Shown in pieces: positions 1 through 9,573 of a stretch of DNA of 64,000 bases. Position numbers and translations under genes: made by a program. The DNA comes from Calditrichia bacterium (GTDB lineage Bacteria > Calditrichota > Calditrichia > JAJRVZ01), in assembly GCA_963796965.1 (NCBI GenBank), contig CAWCNS010000007.1, forward strand, positions 864,001 to 928,000, given 5' to 3'. The notes under the pieces were generated by a model. That model saw nothing but the letters and a program-made list of their open reading frames with translations. It did no database searches and had not been told where the DNA came from. Each line of letters starts with the position of its first letter. Position 1 is the first letter of the stretch.

Positions 1-336
1 TTCATACATACCATAAGTTGGCGGCATGATAATCACTTCATCAATGCCTGGCCGGCAGAACGCCCTGAACAGTAAATCGATAGCCTCATCACTGCCATTT
101 CCTAAAAATATTTGATTCTCCCTTATTCCTTTCAACACAGACAACTTTTTCTTTAAATCTGATTGATAGGGATCAGGATAGCGATTCGAGAGAACTTTAC
201 TTACAGATCCAAAAGCATTCTCGTTGGCATCCAGAAACATGCCCTCCTTACCACTATATTCATCCCGCGCAGAACTGTAAGGCTTGAAATTACGGATATT
301 GTCCCTTAGTAATTTTTTAAGATCCATTGTTCTCAT
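1..336 (-). CDS. hisC: Histidinol-phosphate aminotransferase, N-terminal part (runs off window start)
   Basis: Manual translation [43 protein letters not shown]...NRYPDP...GNGSDEAID; overlaps the hisD stop; start could be 327 or 336. Confidence 0.92.
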   Translation of the reverse strand, partial: MRTMDLKKLLRDNIRNFKPYSSARDEYSGKEGMFLDANENAFGSVSKVLSNRYPDPYQSDLKKKLSVLKGIRENQIFLGNGSDEAIDLLFRAFCRPGIDEVIIMPPTYGMYE

Positions 337-1618
337 TTTTCCATTCAGACAAACGTATGGAAACGGCCTGTTTATGTGCTCTCAACTCCTCTGCTTCAGC
401 CATTGTTTCAATAGCTGAGCCAATTCCCGATAAGCCTTGAGGTGTTAATTTCTGAAAGGTTATTTTTTTAAGAAAACTTTCCACGGATACACCACTGAAG
501 ATCCGTGCAAAACCATTGGTGGCTAAAACATGGTTTGTACCGGAAGCATAATCACCGGCCGATTCAGGTGAATAGGGTCCCACAAAGACGGATCCAGCAT
601 TCACCACTTTTTCCACATCCTTATCCGGATTTTCTGTGACAATAATTAAATGCTCCGGTGCATAAGCATTTATAAGATCCATACCTTCAGATATATTATT
701 TACGAGTATTAATCTGCTATGCTCTAAAGCCAATTTGGTGATTTGTTTGCGCGGTAGTTCATCCAGCTGGCGTCCCACGGCTGCTTGAACTTGATCTATC
801 AGGCCTGGATCATCAGTAATTAAAATGACCTGACTATCGGGACCATGCTCTGCCTGCGAAAGCAGATCTGAGGCGATAAATTCTGAATTAGCACCTTTGC
901 TAGCCAGGACAACTACTTCTGAGGGACCTGCAGGCATATCGATGGCCGTTCCATCCAGACTTACGCGCATCTTGGCAGCGGTAACATATTGGTTCCCGGG
1001 ACCAAAAATCTTATATGTTTTGGGAATAGTTTCAGTACCATAGGCCATAGCAGCAATGGCCTGGGCACCGCCTGCTTTGTAGACCTGTTTGACTCCTAAC
1101 CTGGCAGCAGAATAGAGAATGGCCGGATGGATATTGCCATTATCGTCTGGCGGGGTACATAAAACAATTTCTTTGCAACCAACAACTTTTGCCGGAACGG
1201 CTAACATGAGGACAGTGGAGAATAAGGGTGCACTCCCACCTGGTATATAGAGTCCCACTTTCTCAATGGCCACATTTTTACGCCAGCACCATACCCCGGG
1301 GTTCGTTTCAACTTTATCCTCTTCTACCAACTGGACCTGATGAAATGCCTCAATATTTTTAATGGCCATTTCAATAGATGTTTTAAGATCATCATTAACC
1401 AATTTATCAGCCTTATTAAAATCTTCGTCTGTTACAGCGATGCTCTCCAGATTTACCTTATCAAACAATTGTGCGTAGCGGATCAGGGCCCTATCACCTT
1501 CATCACGAACCGCTTGCATAATCGGCTTAATCTTAGCATCTATATCAGCCATGCCCTGCACCGGCCGACGGATAATCTCTGCCCAATCATCTCTGTTTGG
1601 ATATTTTATAACTTTCAT
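317..1618 (-). CDS. hisD: Histidinol dehydrogenase
   Basis: [44 protein letters not shown] motifs; his operon context. Confidence 0.97.
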   Translation of the reverse strand: MKVIKYPNRDDWAEIIRRPVQGMADIDAKIKPIMQAVRDEGDRALIRYAQLFDKVNLESIAVTDEDFNKADKLVNDDLKTSIEMAIKNIEAFHQVQLVEEDKVETNPGVWCWRKNVAIEKVGLYIPGGSAPLFSTVLMLAVPAKVVGCKEIVLCTPPDDNGNIHPAILYSAARLGVKQVYKAGGAQAIAAMAYGTETIPKTYKIFGPGNQYVTAAKMRVSLDGTAIDMPAGPSEVVVLASKGANSEFIASDLLSQAEHGPDSQVILITDDPGLIDQVQAAVGRQLDELPRKQITKLALEHSRLILVNNISEGMDLINAYAPEHLIIVTENPDKDVEKVVNAGSVFVGPYSPESAGDYASGTNHVLATNGFARIFSGVSVESFLKKITFQKLTPQGLSGIGSAIETMAEAEELRAHKQAVSIRLSEWKNENNGS

Positions 1619-1633
1619 TTCATTCCCAGATTA

Positions 1634-1736
1634 TTTCACGCAGCGTCGCGACGAATTTTATCCACTGATTTCACGAATTTTTATAAAACAATAGAAAACT
1701 TTGCGTCCTTTGCGCCTTCTCTGCGTCTTTGCGTTA
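1634..1736. repeat. Composite inverted-repeat element between hisG and hisD
   Basis: TTTCACGCAGCG...TATCCACT...CACGAATT...GCGTCTTTGCGTTA; reverse-complement relative of 13899-14072. Confidence 0.75.
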
Positions 1737-1755
1737 AAAAAACTAATCATTTATC

Positions 1756-2610
1756 TCAAACTATCATTTTCTCTATTGGTATCACTAAGATACCTTGAGC
1801 GCCGGCGGATTTTAGTTTTTCAATACTTTCCCAGAAATCATCTTCTTGAATAACAGAATGGACAGAAGACCATTCCTTCATAGCAATGGGCATTATTGTC
1901 GGACTTTTCATTCCTGGTAATATTCTACAAATTTCGTCAATTTTTTCATTAGGTGTATTGAGCAGAATGTATTTATATTTCCTTGCCTTTTTAACCGCGC
2001 CAATTCGAAATTTCAGTTTCTCCAGAATTTGTTTTTTCTCATCATTCAGATTGGAATTAGCCACCAGCACAGCCTCTGACTGTAAGACCGTTTCAACCTC
2101 TTTTAAACCATTGCTGAGCAAAGTGCTTCCTGTACTTACAATATCAAAAATAGCATCGGCCATTCCGATTCCCGGGGCAATCTCTACCGAACCGCTTATT
2201 AAATGGATTGATGCATTTACATTTTTTTCATCCAGAAAATCCTGAAGAATTTTTGGATAGGAGGTTGCAATACTCAATCCGTCAAGATCATTTACACTAT
2301 TATAGGTCATTTGTTTTGGTATGGCAATAGACATATGGCATTTGGCAAAACCGAGTCTTTGAACAATTTCAAGATTTCCACCCTTTTCCTTGAGGACATT
2401 TTCACCTACAATGCCGATATCGGCTGCCCCATCGGCGATACATTCCGGAATATCATCATCACGTAAATATAGGATTTGCATTGGAAAATTTGAAGCGTTG
2501 GCTTTTAATTTTTTCTCACTTCCATTTATAAATGATATCCCACAGTCTTTTAGAAGCTTATCAGTCTGGGAGTTTAATCGTCCGGATTTTTGTACGGCTA
2601 ACGTAATCAT
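1756..2610 (-). CDS. hisG: ATP phosphoribosyltransferase (long form)
   Basis: MITLAVQKSGRL, RDDDIP, IATSYP, GSVEIAP, DIVSTGSTL, C-terminal PGMKSPT domain; start moved to ATG at 2610. Confidence 0.96.
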   Translation of the reverse strand: MITLAVQKSGRLNSQTDKLLKDCGISFINGSEKKLKANASNFPMQILYLRDDDIPECIADGAADIGIVGENVLKEKGGNLEIVQRLGFAKCHMSIAIPKQMTYNSVNDLDGLSIATSYPKILQDFLDEKNVNASIHLISGSVEIAPGIGMADAIFDIVSTGSTLLSNGLKEVETVLQSEAVLVANSNLNDEKKQILEKLKFRIGAVKKARKYKYILLNTPNEKIDEICRILPGMKSPTIMPIAMKEWSSVHSVIQEDDFWESIEKLKSAGAQGILVIPIEKMIV

Positions 2611-2631
2611 TATATTTATACCCTTTATTAT

Positions 2632-2875
2632 TTTCAAGCAGCGACGCAACGCTGCAATAAACTTTAACCACTAATTACACTAATCTTAACGAATTTCACG
2701 AATTTCACGAATTTTTATAAAACCAATAAATTTTTCATAATCATCCTGAATTTATTTCAGGATCTAAAGATTTTTAATTAAGTTTAGATGCCGAAACAAG
2801 TTCGGCATGACTCCCGTGCGTTTTTTTTAATCCTATTTTATTTCACGCTGCGCCGTCGCGTCGCTGCGCGAGAAA
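2632..2875. repeat. Composite repeat element between his attenuator and hisG
   Basis: GCAGCGACGC left arm, CACGAATTT tandem units, TCATCCTGAA..TTCAGGAT and ATGCCGAA..TTCGGCATGAC hairpins, GCTGCGCGAGAAA right arm. Confidence 0.7.
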
Positions 2876-2899
2876 ACAAACTCACATAATAGTTAGATC

Positions 2900-2933
2900 A
2901 AAAAAAAAGCCCGGCTCTTTTGGAACCGGGCTT
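2900..2933 (-). terminator. his attenuator intrinsic terminator
   Basis: Minus strand AAGCCCGG-TTCCAAAAGAG-CCGGGCTT followed by a U tract, just downstream of the His-rich leader ORF. Confidence 0.9.
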
Positions 2934-2952
2934 CTATCAAAATTATATTCTA

Positions 2953-3057
2953 TCACTTACAGCCATTTTGATACAACATCTCCGGTCCATCATATGCATG
3001 ATGCATGTGATGATGAATGCGGTGTGTTCCATGAGATGTCGTAGTTGTTAAATTCAT
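2953..3057 (-). CDS. hisL: his operon leader peptide (34 aa, 7 His)
   Basis: MNLTTTTSHGTHRIHHHMHHAYDGPEMLYQNGCK*, lying between a promoter and a terminator upstream of hisG. Confidence 0.88.
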   Translation of the reverse strand: MNLTTTTSHGTHRIHHHMHHAYDGPEMLYQNGCK

Positions 3058-3090
3058 TTTTAGAAAATTCTATTTTTTAAAGACTGTATA

Positions 3091-3119
3091 AATATACAGT
3101 ATTGTGAATATTATGTCAA
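3091..3119 (-). promoter_or_regulatory. Sigma70-type promoter for his leader/operon
   Basis: TTGACA (3119-3114), 17 bp spacer, TATATT (3096-3091). Confidence 0.7.
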
Positions 3120-3122
3120 ATA

Positions 3123-3150
3123 TTGACAAAGCTTATTAGCTTTTTACATT
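3123..3150 (+). promoter_or_regulatory. Sigma70-type promoter for aspartokinase gene
   Basis: TTGACA (3123-3128), 16 bp spacer, TACATT (3145-3150). Confidence 0.6.
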
Positions 3151-3229
3151 ATTATTTCATAAATTTGAATTATATGGTTAGCACATTACGAATGTCAACA
3201 ATAATATTTATCAATACATTGAGTTACTT

Positions 3230-4609
3230 ATGATAATTATGAAATTTGGTGGAACATCGGTTAGAGATGCTAAAGCCCTAAAAAATGTCGTACAGATTAT
3301 CAAACAAAATCTCCCTCAAAAACCGATAGTAGTTGTATCAGCAATGGCTGGTATCACCAACCTGCTGGAGGAATCTGTTCAAATTGCTGTAAATCAGGAA
3401 TCACAACTCGTTAAGGAAGCAATCAACAAGATTGAATCGCATCATATGGTAGTAATTGAGGCGCTCTTTAATAAAGATGAAACCTACATGGCTCTTTCCA
3501 CATCAATTGCTCTTGAGATAAAGAAACTCAATTCCCTTTTATCCGCCACAGAAACGATTCGTGTTGAGAGTTCTGATCTCAACCATGCGGTCCTGTCCAT
3601 TGGAGAAATTTTATCCTCGCTCATTCTCACTGCCCTTCTGCAGCATGAACAGGTTGATGCGATCTATGTTGATGCGCGCGACATCATGATTACCACAAAT
3701 ATGAACAATCAAATTATTCCCGTTGTGGATCAGATCAGGAAAGAAGCTCAGAATCGTCTCTTACCTCTTATCGCCGACAATAAAACAATTGTTTCTCAGG
3801 GTTTTATTGCCGCAACTTCTGAAGGAGTACCAACCACCTTAGGGCGTAATGGCTCTGATTTCAGTGCTTCTCTTCTGGGTGCGGCCATCGATGCAAATGA
3901 GATTCAAATCTGGACAGATGTGGATGGTATTCTGACAGCAGATCCGACTATCATTCCCACAGCAAAAAAATTAGAATTTATGACATTTAATGAAGCCAGC
4001 GAGTTGGCCTATTTTGGCGCTCGTGTACTTTATCCTGCAGCAATACAACCGGCGGTGGAAAAGGGGATACCTGTACGTGTACTTAATTCGAATGACATGA
4101 ATTTTCCTGGCACTCTGATCTTAAAAGAGGCTGACTCGAAACAAACCAGATTAGTCAAATCAATTGCTTACAAAGAGAATATCACGCTTTTGACAATTAA
4201 ATCTTCTCAATTATTGATTTCTACCAAACTGCTGGGCGATTTCTTTCAGCATCTGGCTGAACATAATATGCGCGTTTATGCTATCTCCAAATCAGCCATC
4301 AAACTCTCTCTTACGCTTGAGCATACCAATCAATTAGATCATATTCTGGAAAAATTTAATTTAATCGGTCAGGTAACTGTGGAGCAACATAAGACAATTG
4401 TAAGTATTGTAGGCGAGAAGATGAAACGAAATCCAGAGATTACCGGTCAGATCCTGGCAATCTTGCGCAAAGATAACATCCACATCGATCTGATTTCTCA
4501 GTTCGCCTCTCAGATCAGTTTTATGTTTATTATAGACGACCGGGATATTGAGAGGACGATTACCCTGTTGCATAAGCATTATATTGAGGGAGTGGAGATT
4601 AGTAATTAG
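3230..4609 (+). CDS. lysC: Aspartate kinase with C-terminal ACT domains
   Basis: MKFGGTSV, VVVSAM, TTLGRNGSDFSA, IWTDVDG, ELAYFGARVL. Confidence 0.92.
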   Translation: MIIMKFGGTSVRDAKALKNVVQIIKQNLPQKPIVVVSAMAGITNLLEESVQIAVNQESQLVKEAINKIESHHMVVIEALFNKDETYMALSTSIALEIKKLNSLLSATETIRVESSDLNHAVLSIGEILSSLILTALLQHEQVDAIYVDARDIMITTNMNNQIIPVVDQIRKEAQNRLLPLIADNKTIVSQGFIAATSEGVPTTLGRNGSDFSASLLGAAIDANEIQIWTDVDGILTADPTIIPTAKKLEFMTFNEASELAYFGARVLYPAAIQPAVEKGIPVRVLNSNDMNFPGTLILKEADSKQTRLVKSIAYKENITLLTIKSSQLLISTKLLGDFFQHLAEHNMRVYAISKSAIKLSLTLEHTNQLDHILEKFNLIGQVTVEQHKTIVSIVGEKMKRNPEITGQILAILRKDNIHIDLISQFASQISFMFIIDDRDIERTITLLHKHYIEGVEISN

Positions 4610-4760
4610 GGATTTGGATTTAGGAATTTGGATACTGGATACTCCAAACCGGTTACTCGAAAAGTCACCAAACAGACAATAATCAGAAAACATTTTTAAG
4701 TCCTAATTCCCAATTACAAAGTACGAATATTTATAAAAACCACACACTTTTGAGGATAAC

Positions 4761-6086
4761 ATGTTTAAACTAAACACTCTTCTTTTCCTTATTCTATTCG
4801 TTCTGAGCAACCAATTATTGAGCCAATCCCAGGAGAATTGGCCGCATTGGCGAGGACCCAATCATAATGGAATTATTGAAACCTCCCGTCTTCCTCTGAC
4901 ATGGAGCAAATCGAAAAACATCGTATGGAAGACCAAATTACCTTCGTGGAGTGCCGCCACACCGATCATTTGGAAAGATATTGTCTTTATTACTTCACCA
5001 TCACGTTCTGATGAACCTTTGGAAACAACAAAGAAGGGACCACAGGATCCGGGAGGATCCGAACTACGCCTTTTGGCCATCTCAAAAAAGGATGGAAAAA
5101 TAGTATGGGAGAAAACTTTAGATACGAAGAATGAACTACACCGGAAACAAAATGATGCCACACCCTCCCCTGTTACAGACGGAAAACATATTTGGGTCGT
5201 AACCGGCACAGGTATCGTTACCGCTTTTGACATGAAGGGCAAGCAAATCTGGCTAAGAGATCTGCAACGTGAATATGGAGAGTTTGGTCAAAACTGGGGC
5301 TATGGTTCATCACCACTATTATATAAAGGGAATCTCATCATTGAAGTTCTTCATGGTTATAACACCGACGATCCTTCTTATATCATCTCTCTGGAGGCAA
5401 GTACCGGAAAAAACAATTGGCGACAGGAAAGACCCACAGATGCCATAAAAGAATCTCCTGATGCCTATACTACCCCTCTTCTCCTCACATACCAGGGTGA
5501 GACACAAATTGTTATTACGGGTGGAGATTATGTAACAGGTCATGATCCTCAAACGGGGAAAGAACTATGGCGTGCCGGTGGATTAAATCCGAAGAATAGT
5601 GAGTACTGGCGGATGGTTGGGTCAGCTGTTACCAAAAACGGTATCATATACGTTCCCACCCGCAAAAAACCTTTGTTCGCATTCCAGGCTGGTGGAAAAG
5701 GAGATATAACAAGCAGCCATTTACTTTGGAAATGGGATGCGAATGGCGCTCCTGATGTGCCCTCACCTATATGTGATGGTAATTACCTATATATGGTAGC
5801 GGATAATGGAAAAATAACCTGTCTGGAGGCGAAAACCGGAAAATTAATCTATGGACCGGAATCCATAACAAAGGGCATTGTCAGTGCCTCTCCGGTTCTT
5901 GCCGATGGTAAAATATATATCCTCAATGAAAATGGCGTAACCACCGTGGTTAAGGCAGGAAAGAACTTTGAACTTTTGGCTACGAACGAACTTGACGGAT
6001 CTTACACTTTATCTTCCCCCGCCTTATCTGGAAATCAGATCTTTATAAGAACAGCAACGCACTTGTATTGTATCGGGGAAAATTAA
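4761..6086 (+). CDS. Secreted PQQ-like / BamB-like beta-propeller protein
   Basis: Signal peptide, NWPHWRGP, repeated SP(V/L)...G..(L/I)W Trp-docking motifs. Confidence 0.85.
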   Translation: MFKLNTLLFLILFVLSNQLLSQSQENWPHWRGPNHNGIIETSRLPLTWSKSKNIVWKTKLPSWSAATPIIWKDIVFITSPSRSDEPLETTKKGPQDPGGSELRLLAISKKDGKIVWEKTLDTKNELHRKQNDATPSPVTDGKHIWVVTGTGIVTAFDMKGKQIWLRDLQREYGEFGQNWGYGSSPLLYKGNLIIEVLHGYNTDDPSYIISLEASTGKNNWRQERPTDAIKESPDAYTTPLLLTYQGETQIVITGGDYVTGHDPQTGKELWRAGGLNPKNSEYWRMVGSAVTKNGIIYVPTRKKPLFAFQAGGKGDITSSHLLWKWDANGAPDVPSPICDGNYLYMVADNGKITCLEAKTGKLIYGPESITKGIVSASPVLADGKIYILNENGVTTVVKAGKNFELLATNELDGSYTLSSPALSGNQIFIRTATHLYCIGEN

Positions 6087-6237
6087 GTACTGGGTGCTAC
6101 TGGGTGCTGGATACTGGCCAATTCATGTAAGATTTGGTCCCGAGGTGCTTACAAGAAATAGGCATCTTTAATCAAGAATACCCGATACTGTGAATCGGAT
6201 AATTTAAAGTAAGCAGTGTGTAATCCTGAATCACCTC

Positions 6238-6280
6238 CCCCTTTAATCCCCCTCCCTATTAAGGAGGGGGATTAAAGGGG
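6238..6280. repeat. Perfect 18-bp palindrome (REP-like hairpin)
   Basis: CCCCTTTAATCCCCCTCC / 7-nt loop / GGAGGGGGATTAAAGGGG. Confidence 0.85.
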
Positions 6281-6321
6281 TGGTATTTATATATCGATAT
6301 AATATCAACCCAACATTTTTT

Positions 6322-6349
6322 TTGACATTCTATTTTTTTTTCTTACCTT
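6322..6349 (+). promoter_or_regulatory. Sigma70-type promoter for trp leader
   Basis: TTGACA (6322-6327), 16 bp spacer, TACCTT (6344-6349). Confidence 0.6.
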
Positions 6350-6357
6350 TAAAGATC

Positions 6358-6450
6358 ATGAAGATGAAAACAGAAATATTAAACATTAAGTTTACCGTTT
6401 GGTCCAACTGGGCTTGGTGGCGTACTATATATATAAGAGATCATCGGTGA
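6358..6450 (+). CDS. trpL: trp operon leader peptide (30 aa, 4 Trp)
   Basis: MKMKTEILNIKFTVWSNWAWWRTIYIRDHR*; alternative start at 6364. Confidence 0.88.
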   Translation: MKMKTEILNIKFTVWSNWAWWRTIYIRDHR

Positions 6451-6478
6451 ATTAAACACATAAATAACAAGACTTTAT

Positions 6479-6512
6479 AAGCCCTTCTAGTGTTCACCGG
6501 AAGGGCTTTTTT
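6479..6512 (+). terminator. trp attenuator intrinsic terminator
   Basis: AAGCCCTTC-loop-GAAGGGCTT plus T tract, 15 nt before the trpE start. Confidence 0.9.
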
Positions 6513-6527
6513 CGTATCAGGAGCATT

Positions 6528-8006
6528 ATGGAACTCTCAAAATTCAAAGAACTTGCAAAATCTTATACCCGAATCCCGATTTATATGAAAGTAACGGCTG
6601 ATTTACTCACCCCTTTGCTCGCCTATCTGAAACTACGTGATAAAACCAATCACTGCTTCCTACTCGAATCAGTTGAAGGTATCGGCCGCCTGGCCCGGTA
6701 TTCATTCATTGGTGTCAACCCAACCCGTGTGATCATGAACCGGGGGATGGAAATCACAGTGAGGGAGAACGGACAGGAACAGAAAATAAATCAAAATCTT
6801 TTTTATTATCTCAAAGATGAGATGGCTAAGGTCAAAGAGCCTAAACTTGATGAACTTCCAAGTTTTACCGGCGGAATAGTTGGATATCTAGGCTACGAAA
6901 ATATTTCTCTGGTGGAAGATGTCGTCAAATTTGGTGCAAAGGATCATTTAGAAACCCCGGATTCAATCTTTGGTATCTATGACACCATCATCGCTTTCGA
7001 CCATTACAGACATCAAATAAGCCTCATTTCCAACGTTCAGATAGATCCTTCCACTGATATAGAAAAGCTCTTTATTCAAACCAAAAAAGAACTACATGCA
7101 CGCTGGAAACAACTTTTAGAACCTCTCGCGTATAAATCAGATTTTGAATTCCACCCTGAAAACACCAATGGTTCACAGGAGATTGATTTTATGGAGAATG
7201 TGCTTCATTCAAAAGATAATATCCATGAGGGTGATATTTTCCAGATAGTCCTTTCCCGCCGGTTCCAGGCAACCTACTCCGGGGATCTTCTAAATGTTTA
7301 CCGGGCACTCCGCATCATCAATCCCTCCCCGTATATGTATTTTATGGAATTAGAGGAGGACTTCACGATTATAGGAACATCACCTGAAGACTTGCTTAAC
7401 GTCAAAGACCGCAAGGCGGTCATTCTTCCAATAGCCGGTACACGTAAAAGAGGGAAAACACCGGAGGAGGACGAGGCATTAGAGAAGGATCTATTAGATG
7501 ACCCAAAAGAATTGGCAGAACACGTGATGCTGGTCGATCTGGCCCGGAATGATCTTGGCAGGATCAGTCAGTATGATAGTGTGCGGGTTATTGAAGATAT
7601 GAATGTTCAGCGATATTCCCATGTCATGCACCTGGTTTCCCGTGTAGAGGGAATCCTTGATGAAGATAAGGATTGTATAGATGCCCTGATGGCAGCCTTT
7701 CCGGCTGGAACTCTTACCGGTGCACCAAAAATAAAAGCCATGCAATTGATTGAAAAATATGAGACAATACGGCGGAATGTTTATGGTGGTGCAATTGGTT
7801 ATATTGATTTCAATGGTAACCTGGATATGTGTATTGCCATTCGGACACTCTTTGCAAAAAACGAAACCGTCTATTGGCAGGCCGGTGCGGGCATTGTTGC
7901 CGATAGTCAGCCTGAGCTGGAATTAAAGGAAATTGAAAACAAATCTGCCGTCTTGTTAAGCGCATTAAAATATGCAGAGGTAATAGATGAAGATATTAGT
8001 CGTTGA
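6528..8006 (+). CDS. trpE: Anthranilate synthase component I
   Basis: LLESVE, RYSFIG, GDIFQIVLS, NPSPYM, PIAGTRKRG, EHVMLVDLARNDL, FPAGTLTGAPK. Confidence 0.96.
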   Translation: MELSKFKELAKSYTRIPIYMKVTADLLTPLLAYLKLRDKTNHCFLLESVEGIGRLARYSFIGVNPTRVIMNRGMEITVRENGQEQKINQNLFYYLKDEMAKVKEPKLDELPSFTGGIVGYLGYENISLVEDVVKFGAKDHLETPDSIFGIYDTIIAFDHYRHQISLISNVQIDPSTDIEKLFIQTKKELHARWKQLLEPLAYKSDFEFHPENTNGSQEIDFMENVLHSKDNIHEGDIFQIVLSRRFQATYSGDLLNVYRALRIINPSPYMYFMELEEDFTIIGTSPEDLLNVKDRKAVILPIAGTRKRGKTPEEDEALEKDLLDDPKELAEHVMLVDLARNDLGRISQYDSVRVIEDMNVQRYSHVMHLVSRVEGILDEDKDCIDALMAAFPAGTLTGAPKIKAMQLIEKYETIRRNVYGGAIGYIDFNGNLDMCIAIRTLFAKNETVYWQAGAGIVADSQPELELKEIENKSAVLLSALKYAEVIDEDISR

Positions 8007-8553
8007 TAATTACGATTCTTTTACATACAATCTGGTACAGTTGGTTGGGAAGTTCACTTCAGAAATTAATGTTATCAGAAATGACCGCAGTTCACTTGCA
8101 GAAATTTTAGAATATGACCCGGATAAGATTATTATTTCTCCCGGACCGGGAAAAGCAGAAGATTCCAATATTTCTCTCGATGTAATCCGGGAATTGGGTA
8201 AAAGTAAACCGCTTCTCGGTGTATGCCTGGGGCATCAGGGTATCGGTCTCACATTTGGTGGTAAGGTTGTTTATGCCCCATCGTTGATGCATGGCAAAAG
8301 CTCCAAGATTCAACACGACGGTAAAGTTATCTATCGGGATCTACCCCAGGGCTTTGACGCTGCCCGCTACCATTCTCTTGTGATTGAGCGGGAATCATTA
8401 CCCGATTCACTTGAGATTACTGCCGAAACAGCAGATGGTATTATCATGGGTATTCGCCACAAAAAGTATTCCATTGAAGGAATTCAATATCACCCTGAAT
8501 CTGTTTTGACGGCAGAAGGAGAAAATCTAATAAAAAACTGGATGGCCCTATGA
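7987..8553 (+). CDS. trpG: Anthranilate synthase component II (glutamine amidotransferase)
   Basis: DNYDSFTYNL, SPGPG, GVCLGHQ, RYHSL, QYHPES. Confidence 0.95.
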   Translation: MKILVVDNYDSFTYNLVQLVGKFTSEINVIRNDRSSLAEILEYDPDKIIISPGPGKAEDSNISLDVIRELGKSKPLLGVCLGHQGIGLTFGGKVVYAPSLMHGKSSKIQHDGKVIYRDLPQGFDAARYHSLVIERESLPDSLEITAETADGIIMGIRHKKYSIEGIQYHPESVLTAEGENLIKNWMAL

Positions 8554-9573
8554 TTAAAACAGAATTAGAAAAAGTTATTGCTGGGAATGACCTAAGTTTT
8601 GATGAATCTCATCAACTAATGTTAAACATTATGAGTGGTGAAGAGAATAATTCGCAGATTGCTGCCCTATTAACAGCTTTAAAGATCAAAGGGGAAGTTC
8701 CTGAGGAGGTAGCAGGATTCGCAAAAGCGATGCGCGATAAAAGTCTTAAAATTGAACATAAACACTAACGATCTAGTCGATGTCTGTGGCACCGGCGGTG
8801 ATAATTCAGGTACTTTTAATATTTCTACAACCACTGCATTCGTGGTTGCCGGTGCCGGTATAAAGGTGGCAAAACATGGAAACCGTTCCATTTCATCTAG
8901 CAGCGGTAGTGCAGATGTTTTAACTGAGCTAGGTATCAATATCAGTCTATCTCCACAAAACTCTGCCAAAGCAATTGAGGAAATTGGCATCTCATTTTTA
9001 TTTGCTCCTGATTACCATCCGGCCATGAAGTATGTTGGACCAGTACGTAAAGAATTAGCCATGAAAACCGTGTTTAATATTCTTGGACCACTCACCAATC
9101 CGGCTGGTACAAAAAAACAGATGATTGGCACCTTCAATGATCGAACTGCTGAGATAATGGCAAAAGCAGCTGTATGGCTGGAGATGGAAAAAGTTTGCTT
9201 TGTTTGCAGTCATAATAAATATGATGAGATCTTTCTTTCTGGAGAAACCCGTCTCTTCGAGTACTCGAAGCAAAAGGGAATCCGGATCAGAAATATTACA
9301 CACGAGGATTTTGATTTACCTTCTGTTGAAATGGCACAAATACAGGGAAGTACGCCAGCTCATAATGCTGAGATATTATCCAATATCTTGACGGGGAGTG
9401 AAAAGGGTGCACCCTATTACGTCACTATTGCCAACGCGGCAATGGCGATTTTTGCAGCAGATGATTCCATTGATTTATTGTCCTGTGCACAGACAGCAAA
9501 AGATTCGATTGATTCTGGTAAAGCTATGGAAAAGTTAATCGAATTACGAAAATTCGGAGAACGAAGAGCATGA
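8550..9573 (+). CDS. trpD: Anthranilate phosphoribosyltransferase, frameshifted near 8755-8765 (probable sequencing error)
   Basis: N-terminal helical domain in ORF 8550-8768; DVCGTGGD, KHGNRSISS, FNILGPLTNP in ORF 8752-9573. Confidence 0.93.

Noticed and set aside
2660..2716. Tandem CACGAATTT units as a CRISPR array
   Set aside because: Units are 9 bp with no unique spacers, and no cas genes are present; part of the inverted-repeat element family
3037..3048. Thr run in the his leader as a Thr-sensing attenuator for aspartokinase
   Set aside because: The leader is transcribed away from lysC, so it cannot attenuate it; any effect on his is speculative
3150..3229. Lysine riboswitch upstream of aspartokinase
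   Set aside because: Leader is only about 75 nt, AT-rich, and lacks recognisable L-box structure
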